Notes under the pieces: generated by a model
Seen by the model: only the letters and a program-made list of their open reading frames with translations
What the model was told of the DNA's origin: nothing
Database searches by the model: none
In this document: positions 48,379-55,900 of the stretch, piece by piece
Numbering within the stretch: the stretch's first letter is position 1
Layout: the number at the start of each line of letters is the position of its first letter
From: Pseudomonadota bacterium
GTDB lineage: Bacteria > Chloroflexota > UBA6077 > JAJPGT01
NCBI GenBank assembly: GCA_021325655.1
Contig: JAJPGT010000054.1
Coordinates: 16,124-80,123, forward strand
Length of the DNA stretch: 64,000 nucleotides
Reading direction: 5' to 3'
Translations under genes and position numbers: made by a program

Positions 48379-48427
48379 GGGATTCGGGATTCGGGATTCG
48401 AACTCCGCATCCCCAATCCCCAACCCC
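48379..48427. repeat. imperfect palindrome built from G-rich heptamers: (GGGATTC)x3 ... ATCCCCAATCCCCAACCCC
   Basis: Read directly: GGGATTCGGGATTCGGGATTCG-AACTCCGC-ATCCCCAATCCCCAACCCC. The bottom strand reads GGGGTTGGGGATTGGGGAT. The site is intergenic, between the LLM gene and the membrane-protein gene. Confidence 0.6.
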
Positions 48428-48569
48428 GAAGCGGCGGCATATGACCACGGTCACCCGCGCGCGGTGAAGTGGTGACTGGGGCCAATTCCCCTCTGCTGGC
48501 CTGCCAGGCTAGGCTGGTCTCGGAATGACCGCACCCGCGTGGCAGGAACGGTCAGGGAGGGTGAACAGC

Positions 48570-49445
48570 ATGCTGGGAGAGACGGTGAGTCTGGCGACGG
48601 CGCTGCGCGCGCTGGTCGCGTTGGTCGTTGTCCTGATCGCGGCGATCGTGATCGCGATGGTTCTGGGCAGCGGGCTGGCGTTCCTCGGGTTCGCGCTCTG
48701 GGTGACGGCGCTCGGCGTCGCCGCGGTTGGCGTCTTCCTGATCGCTCGCGGCGGCCGACCGCTGGCCGGGGCTGGCGCCAGCGCCACGGCGATCTCGGTC
48801 CTGCTCGCCTTCTTCTGGCTGCCCCAGCCAGCGCCAATCGTCTGGACTATTCTGTTCTTCGTTGGGATCGCCCTCGTCGTCGCCGGCACAGCCCGCGACA
48901 CGCCCTCGCGCGCCGGCTGGGTGCTGCTGCTGCCGCGTGTCGCCATCGGCTGGTCCCTGGTGGACAACGCCCAGGATCACTTTCGCTCTGGCTGGCTCCC
49001 GGGCGGCGGGCAGTTCGCGAAGATCGCCAGCGACGCGGCGAGCCGCCCGTCGCTGTACTTCCTCGATCCGGCGTACCAGGGGTTCCTGAAGGGCGCGGTG
49101 GTGCCCCAGGCGGACCTGTGGGCCGCGCTCACGATCTGCGGGGAGATGGTGTTCGGGCTGCTGCTCGCGCTCGGGCTGTGCACCGCGGTCGCTTCGCTCG
49201 GGGCGATGTGGCAGAACGGCAACTACATGCTGATGAAGGGGTTCGTGGCACACGGCGCCTACACGGACAAGGCGTTCTTCGCCGTGGAGCTGTTCAGCCT
49301 GGTGACCGCGGCCGGCCTCGCCTACGGGCTGGACGCGGCACTGCACCGCCAGGTGCCCGGCTGGGTTGCCAGCACTCTCATGGGCGCAGCTGCGCCCGAA
49401 GCGCCGCCTGCCTCGGCGCCACAGCGGCAGCCCGGCCTCGTCTAA
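48570..49445 (+). CDS. polytopic membrane protein, DoxX/DoxD-like C-terminal half (tentative)
   Basis: Hydrophobic throughout. The C-terminal half (WVLLLPRVAIGWSLVDNAQDHF...ICGEMVFGLLLALGL...) resembles DoxX-type proteins. The start is ATG 48570 after AGGGAGG. Confidence 0.55.
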   Translation: MLGETVSLATALRALVALVVVLIAAIVIAMVLGSGLAFLGFALWVTALGVAAVGVFLIARGGRPLAGAGASATAISVLLAFFWLPQPAPIVWTILFFVGIALVVAGTARDTPSRAGWVLLLPRVAIGWSLVDNAQDHFRSGWLPGGGQFAKIASDAASRPSLYFLDPAYQGFLKGAVVPQADLWAALTICGEMVFGLLLALGLCTAVASLGAMWQNGNYMLMKGFVAHGAYTDKAFFAVELFSLVTAAGLAYGLDAALHRQVPGWVASTLMGAAAPEAPPASAPQRQPGLV

Positions 49446-49618
49446 GCTGCCACGTCACCCCGGCCGGGCTGGGAGCATCCCGCCTCTCCCAGTCCGGCCC
49501 GTCCGCGCGAGTGGGGACGTCGCGGCCCTTCCACCTCCTCGGCCTTCACTTCCCGCCGCATGGAAAAGACCCGCGCCCGCGGTGGGCCGCGTTGACAGCG
49601 TGGGCGCAATGGGGTGCA

Positions 49619-50872
49619 ATGGGGCGCGGGGAGCAGATGCGCGACCGCTTCCGCCGTGGCGAGACCACGGACGATCCCTTTCTGCTGCGGCTGGGCGGGC
49701 TGGCGCTGCCGGCCGCGATCTGGCTGCTGGGCATCGTCGCCTCCTACCCAGGCGGCCCCAGCCAGGCGCCGCTCGGGGTGCGCACGGCGCTGGTGCTCGG
49801 CCTGGTCGTGGTGGATCAGACGCTGCCGTCGGCCCGGGCTCCGTGCTGGCGGCGGCTGCTGTGGCTGGCGGCGGAGATACTCCTCTCGCTGCTGGTCGTC
49901 CAGGCGCACGGCAGCGTCGTCCGCCCGGCGCTGATCTACCTGCTGCCGGCCAGCCGGGCGCTGCTGCTGTTCGGAGAGCGCCCCGGCCTGGTGCTCAGTC
50001 TCGCCGTCTGGCTTGCCTACGGGGTGAACGTCGGGCTGTTTCTCTGGCCGGATCGGCTCGGCGAGTTCGTCAGCTACTTCTCCTTCCTGCTCGCCCCGTA
50101 CATCGCCGCGGTCGTGCTGACCCTGGCGACGCTGCGCCAGGCGGCCGACCGCCATCGGCTCCAGCGGCTGTACGACGAGCTGCACCTGGCGCACACCCAC
50201 CTCCAGGCACTGCACCAGCAGGCGCGCGAGGCGGCGGTGGCGGAGGAGCGCAACCGCCTGGCGCGGGAGATCCACGACTCGCTGGCGCACTATCTCACTG
50301 TGATCAGCGTGCAGCTCGAAGCGGCGGAGAAGCTGGGCGCCGAGCAGGTGGACCGAGCGCTGGAGCAGGTGCGTCGGGCCCGGCGGCTCACCCTGGAGTG
50401 TCTGCAAGAGGTCCGCCGCTCCGTCGCCGCGCTGCGCGCCTCCACCCTGGAGGAGCTCTCCTGGTCGAACGCGCTCGAGAAGCTCGCCGCCGAGTTCGGC
50501 GACACCACCGGGCTCCAGGTCGAGCTGCGGATCTCCGCCCCGGAGGACATCCGCCTCGCCCCGGAGATCGCGCTCGCTCTGTACCGCATCGCCCAGGAGG
50601 GGCTGACGAACGTCCACCGCCACGCCCACGCCACGCGGGTGCTGCTCGCGGTGACGGTGAGCAACGGGGCCGTGGAACTGGTGGTGCAGGACGACGGCCA
50701 CGGCCCGCCCGCGGAGCCGCCCAGCGGCCAGGGCGGCTTCGGCCTGCTGGGATTGCGCGAGCGGGTCGAGCTGCTCGGCGGCCGGCTCGGCTTCGGCCGC
50801 GCCCCCAGCGGCGGCAGCCGGCTGGAGGTCGTGCTTCCGGTACAGGTGGCCCATGACGCCGTCCCCGTCTGA
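49619..50872 (+). CDS. NarL-class sensor histidine kinase (HisKA_3 + HATPase_c) with a membrane-embedded N-terminal domain
   Basis: The H-box is ERNRLAREIHDSLAHYLTVISVQLE, with N and G boxes (QEGLTNVHRHA, DDGHG, GFGLLGLRERVELLGG). Five to six TM helices precede it. The start is ATG 49619 or ATG 49637 (the latter after GGGGAG); the upstream part of the track ORF is the alternate frame of the previous gene. Confidence 0.85.
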   Translation: MGRGEQMRDRFRRGETTDDPFLLRLGGLALPAAIWLLGIVASYPGGPSQAPLGVRTALVLGLVVVDQTLPSARAPCWRRLLWLAAEILLSLLVVQAHGSVVRPALIYLLPASRALLLFGERPGLVLSLAVWLAYGVNVGLFLWPDRLGEFVSYFSFLLAPYIAAVVLTLATLRQAADRHRLQRLYDELHLAHTHLQALHQQAREAAVAEERNRLAREIHDSLAHYLTVISVQLEAAEKLGAEQVDRALEQVRRARRLTLECLQEVRRSVAALRASTLEELSWSNALEKLAAEFGDTTGLQVELRISAPEDIRLAPEIALALYRIAQEGLTNVHRHAHATRVLLAVTVSNGAVELVVQDDGHGPPAEPPSGQGGFGLLGLRERVELLGGRLGFGRAPSGGSRLEVVLPVQVAHDAVPV

Positions 50873-51560
50873 TACCCCGAGGGGCGACGCGCTGTCGCCT
50901 CCCGCTCCGCCGGTGACGGTGCTCCTGGTGGACGACCAGCGGCTGCTGCGCGAGGGCCTGCGCACCTTGCTGGAGCTGCACCCGGACATCCGCGTCGTCG
51001 GCGAAGCCGGCAACGGGGTCCAGGCCGAGGCGCTGGTCGAGCAGCTCCGGCCACGCGTGGTGCTGATGGACCTGCGCATGCCCCAGCGCGACGGGGTGGT
51101 CGCCACCAGCCGAATCAAGGCGCGCTGGCCGGAGATTCAGGTGCTCGTCCTGACCACCTTCGACGACGACGAGCTGGTGTTCCGCTCCGTCGAGGCCGGC
51201 GCCTCCGGCTACCTGCTCAAGGACGTCGGCTCGGACGCGCTGGCCGAGGCGGTGCGCGCCGCGGCGCGCGGCGACTCCCCACTTCAGCCGAGCATCGCCC
51301 GCAAGATCCTCAAGAAGCTACGCCAGGGTGGCGCCCCGGACCCCACCCCATCCCTGCCACCCTTCCCGGAGCCGCTCACCAGCCGCGAGCTGGACATCCT
51401 GCGGCTACTGGGGACCGGGGCGACCAACCGCGAGATCGCAGAGCGGCTCGCGCTGACCGAGGGCACGGTGAAGAACTACATCTCCACCATTCTGGCCAAG
51501 ACCGGCCTGCACGACCGCACCCAGGCGGCGCTATTTGCTGTCCGCCACGGCCTCACCTGA
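50853..51560 (+). CDS. NarL/LuxR family response regulator
   Basis: The receiver domain reads VLLVDDQRLLREGL...VVLMDLRMP, and the C-terminal HTH reads LTSRELDILRLLGTGATNREIAERLALTEGTVKNYISTILAK. The gene overlaps the kinase gene by 20 nt. Confidence 0.9.
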   Translation: MTPSPSDTPRGDALSPPAPPVTVLLVDDQRLLREGLRTLLELHPDIRVVGEAGNGVQAEALVEQLRPRVVLMDLRMPQRDGVVATSRIKARWPEIQVLVLTTFDDDELVFRSVEAGASGYLLKDVGSDALAEAVRAAARGDSPLQPSIARKILKKLRQGGAPDPTPSLPPFPEPLTSRELDILRLLGTGATNREIAERLALTEGTVKNYISTILAKTGLHDRTQAALFAVRHGLT

Positions 51561-51631
51561 ACGCAGAGCATCCAGCAGCCAGCCCGCGCAGGGAAGGCGG
51601 GACCAGGGCGCCGCCGGCTCCCGAGGTCCGC

Positions 51632-51660
51632 GCGGGGAGCCCGGCTCCCGGGCTCCCCGC
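51632..51660. terminator. perfect 13-bp GC hairpin between convergent genes (no T-tract)
   Basis: GCGGGGAGCCCGG-ctc-CCGGGCTCCCCGC, between the response-regulator stop (51560) and the hydrolase stop (51670). Confidence 0.5.
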
Positions 51661-51669
51661 GCCCCCTGC

Positions 51670-52572
51670 CTAGCGCATCAGGTGCCGCTTGAACCACTCG
51701 ACCGCGGGTGGGGCGGAGTACGACAGGCCGGGCTCGGTGTAGGCGTCGAAGTGCGTCCCGGGCATGATCACCAGCGACTTCGGCTCGCGAGCGCGCTCGT
51801 AGGCGGCGATCGCCAGGTCCGTCGGGGTGAGCGTGTCGTTCTCCGCGACGACCATCAGCAGTGGTGTCGGTGAGATGCGATGGATGTTCGCCGCCGGGTT
51901 GTACTCCAGGAACTTCTCCAGCGACTCCATGGTCACCTGGTTGCGCCAGTTGGGGGCGATCGTCTCCGCCGTCCGGGTGAACCAGGCGTAGGAATCGGGG
52001 GTGGGGAGCACCGAGGGCTGCCCCTCGGGCGCTACCACCGGGACGTAGGTAATCTGCCCCTCCGTGTAGCGTCGCACCCGGTCCTGGGCCACCGCCTGGA
52101 CGAACTCCGCGAAGCGGTCGGCCCGCAGCAGCCGCTGCGCGTTGGCCCAGCCATCCACCAGCGGCACCTGCGCCACCGCAGCCTTGATGCGCCGCTCGAA
52201 CGCGGCCAGGTGCAGCACGTGCGCCCCACTGTAGGAGCTGCCCCAGACACCGATCCGCTCCGGGTCGACCTCCGGCTGGAGGGAGACCCAGGTGATCGCA
52301 TTGCGGTAATCCTCGTGCTGCTCCGCCGGGAAGAGCTGGCTGCGCGGCTCGCCCTCGGAGTCGCCGAAGTAGCGGTAGTCGAACACCAGGGTGATGAAGC
52401 CCGCGGCCGTGAAGCGCTCGGCGAAGTTCGGCAGATGCATCTCCTTGACCGCGCTGAAGCCGTGGGCCATCACAATCGCCGGGCGCCGCTCCCCGGGGCG
52501 CAGGTCGTCCGGTACATACAGCCAGCCGGCGCAGGTCAACCCCTGGCTGCGAAACGTCACGTCGCGCCGCAT
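51670..52572 (-). CDS. alpha/beta hydrolase (S15/dienelactone-hydrolase-like)
   Basis: PAIVMAHGFSAVKE..., the nucleophile elbow GSSYSG and a C-terminal GTHFD. The start is ATG 52572 with GGGAGGG 6 nt upstream. Confidence 0.85.
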   Translation of the reverse strand: MRRDVTFRSQGLTCAGWLYVPDDLRPGERRPAIVMAHGFSAVKEMHLPNFAERFTAAGFITLVFDYRYFGDSEGEPRSQLFPAEQHEDYRNAITWVSLQPEVDPERIGVWGSSYSGAHVLHLAAFERRIKAAVAQVPLVDGWANAQRLLRADRFAEFVQAVAQDRVRRYTEGQITYVPVVAPEGQPSVLPTPDSYAWFTRTAETIAPNWRNQVTMESLEKFLEYNPAANIHRISPTPLLMVVAENDTLTPTDLAIAAYERAREPKSLVIMPGTHFDAYTEPGLSYSAPPAVEWFKRHLMR

Positions 52573-52936
52573 AGCATGCCCTCCCAGGCCGAGATGCACC
52601 ACTGGTAACACGCCCCGCCCCGGCCGTCAACAGCAGCGCGGCCGTCGGGCGAGCGTCAGGATTCGGCACCGAGGTAAACACACGCAGCTACCCCGTTCTC
52701 CCCGCCGGCCAATCGCGGACAGACTCCGACCGATCACCCACTTGTCTCGCGGGCGGCAGGACACATCTGGGCAACAAGCAGATGACCTTTTCGATGCCGT
52801 TACAGCCGTTGTAGGGCGCGTCACAAACTGATAACATCGGTCCGCTCCCGGCACGACACGGGCAGCTCAGCCGAGCGCGATGCGCCAGCAACCTGTCCGT
52901 GCACCGCCGCCGGCAATCGCGGGGTGACCGGCTGCG

Positions 52937-55900
52937 ATGGACACACAACTTCCGAGCATCTTCGCCTCTATGGACACCGTTGACGACATCCGGAGTCAGA
53001 TCAATACCCGCGCGCCGGTGGGCACGTCCGCTACCACTGATCGTGAGCGGATCCAGGGGAAACTCCAGGTCTGGCGCGAGCGGCTTGTCGACCTAACCGG
53101 TCGCAACCCGCTGCTGGGCATCAACCGGTCGCGCACCTCAAAGCTCCGTATTAGCGCGCCCGAGGTAGGGGAGCTCTTCGATAGCCTGGTAGTGCACGAG
53201 ATGACGCTGCGGCTCCCGCTTGTACGGAGGCGCCCCGCGGCGGACAAAGGAGCGCTTCCGCTCGAGGCAGGAGAAGATGGCGCGGCCGAGCGCAATGCCC
53301 GGGATCTCGAGGTTTCACAGTGGGTCGTCCAAGAGGGCGACATTCGCTTTGACGCCGAGGCCCCTGAACTGAGGCGGCGTCTACGTCGCATTCGAGACAA
53401 CGCCCGCGCGACTGTGGAAGAGCGCGGCGTGACCACGCTGCACCTGACCATCGGCGCCGTATGCTGGGACGACGCACAGCTCGGCCCGTCAGTCGCCCCG
53501 CTCTGGCTGATCCCCTGCGAGCTGGAGAGCGATGGGCCGGACGAGCCGCTCCGGCTCCGCGCGAGCGACGAGGATCCGCAGCTCAACCCGGCCCTCGCCA
53601 TCTACCTGCGCGAGCGTCACGGAAAGCAGCTCCCCTCGCTGCCTGAGGAGCCAGCGGCTGGTGTGGTCGGCGAGCTGCTTCAGCAGGCGCAGTGCGCCCT
53701 GGGCGACGACTTCCAGGTTAGCGATGAATCCTGGCTGAGCACGTTCTCATTTGAGACGCTGACCATGTATCAAGACCTGGATACGCTCGCTGAGGAGGCG
53801 GTAGGGCACGACGTCATCCGGGCATTCTGCAATGTCTCAGTGCGCCAGGACCCCGGCGCCTCAGAGCGGCTTGGCGACGATCTTGATGCCCCTGAACTGG
53901 CTCCGGTCCTGCCCATTCCCGTGCTGCCGGCTGACTCCAGCCAACTGGAGGCGTTGGGGTATGCCCGACAAGGGCGTCACCTGCTGATTTATGGACCTCC
54001 TGGAACCGGCAAGTCGCAGACGATTACCAATCTGATCGCCGACAGCCTCGGTCAGGGCAAGACCGTGCTGTTCGTCAGCGCCAAGAAGGCCGCCCTGGAC
54101 GTGGTGCATGACCGTCTGTCAAAACTCGGGTTCGGCCGCTTTTGCCTTGAGGCGCACAGCACAAAGGCGGGCAAGAGGCGCGTTATCGACGAGCTACGCC
54201 GGGCCCTGGATGCCGCCGGGCAGATGAACGGTGCCGATGACGGGGCCGCGCTGGCCCGTCACGTGGAGCTCCGGGCCCGGCTCAACGAGGCGGTGCGGGA
54301 GCTGCATCGCCGGCGTGATCCGCTCGGACGCTCGGTGTATGAGGGCCTTGGGCAGTTCGCCCGGTACCAGCAGTTACCGGCGCTGTGGGCATCCCTGCCC
54401 TGGCCTGATCCGACGACCGTGGATGGCGACAGCTTCCAAAAGGCTCTGGATCTCCTGGGAGACTTGCAGGCCGAGGCGTCGACATTCGCGGAGCGAGAGA
54501 CCCACCCGTGGCGGGGCTGCATTGTCGAAGACGCCGGATATGCCACCACGCAGACGCTGCTAGATGCGTTGCAGACAGTGCGGGTGGCTGCTACATCAGC
54601 GCTGGATGCATCCAAGTCACTGGCCCCGTTCGTCGGGATGCTCGACCAACGATCCTTCGCTGATCTCGAACAGGGGGCAGATGCCTTCCGCGCGCTGGTG
54701 AAGGCGACCTGGCTGCCGCCGGGCTGGACGACGGCGACGGTCGCGGAGCTGGAGGCTGCGGCGGGGAAGCTGGGCGCGGCGGCGGAGCAGGTTCGCTCGC
54801 TTGCCGATCTGCGGTCGGCATTCGCCGCGCAGACCGATGGCGCGGATCCGGTCGGCGCCCGAGAAGTGCTGGCCCCCGCCCTCGACCGCTTCGCCGCCTG
54901 GTACAAGCGTGTGCTGCCTTCCTACCTCTTCTGGAAGAGAGAGGTCCGCGAGCGCGTCCGTCCCAAGACAGAGGACTACCGCGCGCTGGCCGAACTGGCA
55001 CGGCTGGCAGGCAGAATTGCTGAGGCGGAGGCCGCGCTCGAGGCTCAGCGCCCGGCGCTCACACCGCTGCTCCACGACGCAGCGGGGCCGTGGCCGGATG
55101 TCCGGAGCCTCGACGAGGCCGCCGCCGCCTTCCAGCATGCCGCAACGATCCGACAGGGCCGCGCGCGTTTGGGCAGCAACGAACCGAACGGCGAGACGGT
55201 CGACGTCGATGAGCTTGCACGGGCGGCCGCCGAGAGGGTCCTAGCCCAGCTCCCATCCGCCAATGCCAATCTGGTCGATGCCTTGGACCGGCTACGAGCC
55301 GCCTGGGGCGGGGCATTCGTGGCCAAGGCCGCGCCCCTAGACGTGCCCCTCGCCAGTCTTATTGCCCGCTGTAGCGAGGTGGAAGCGGCGCCGAAGCGGC
55401 TCACCCAGTGGGTAACGCTCCGCCAAGCCCTGGATCGCTGCGAAGAGGCTGGCCTGGGGCCGTTCATTGCGGCGCTGCAACCGCATGGGAGTGGCCAAGC
55501 GGTCGATCTGTTCCTGCGTCTCTTTTGGCTGCTGTGGGTCGATGCCCACATTGCGAAGACGCCAGTGCTCACGCAGTTCAGCGGCCAGAAGCGTGGGGCG
55601 GTGGTTCAGGAGTTCGCGGCGCTGGACGAGCAGCTCCGCAAGCTGGCCATCTCCGCGGCGATCGACGGGGCGGCTCGGCGGGCGGCACAGATCAGTCAGA
55701 CATCGTTCGCCAACCGAAGCTCGCAGCTCGGTATCCTGCAGCGGGAGCTGCAGAAGAAGCGGCCCCGCCCGCTCCGCAAGCTCTTCACGGCTATTCCTCA
55801 GGTATTGCAGGCGATTAAACCCTGCATGCTAATGAGCCCGGTTTCGGTCTCCACTTACTTGGCACCGGGCGCTATCAAGTTCGACACTGTAGTGTTCGAC

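Noticed and set aside
48379-48427. Heptamer repeats considered as a CRISPR array or a true telomeric repeat.
   Set aside because: There are only three 7-nt units with no spacers, which is far too short for CRISPR. The location is internal on what looks like a normal chromosome segment, so it is not a telomere. It is kept only as an unexplained repeat or palindrome.
52702-52922. Direct repeat CCGCCGGC(C)AATCGCGG at 52702-52718 and 52907-52922 upstream of the giant helicase, plus a weaker GCCGGCGGGGTG downstream (~58005). Considered as att-like insertion boundaries.
   Set aside because: The repeats are short and GC-rich, so chance matches are likely in this composition. Both good copies lie on the same side of the gene, and the downstream match is poor. 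No integrase or tRNA is nearby.
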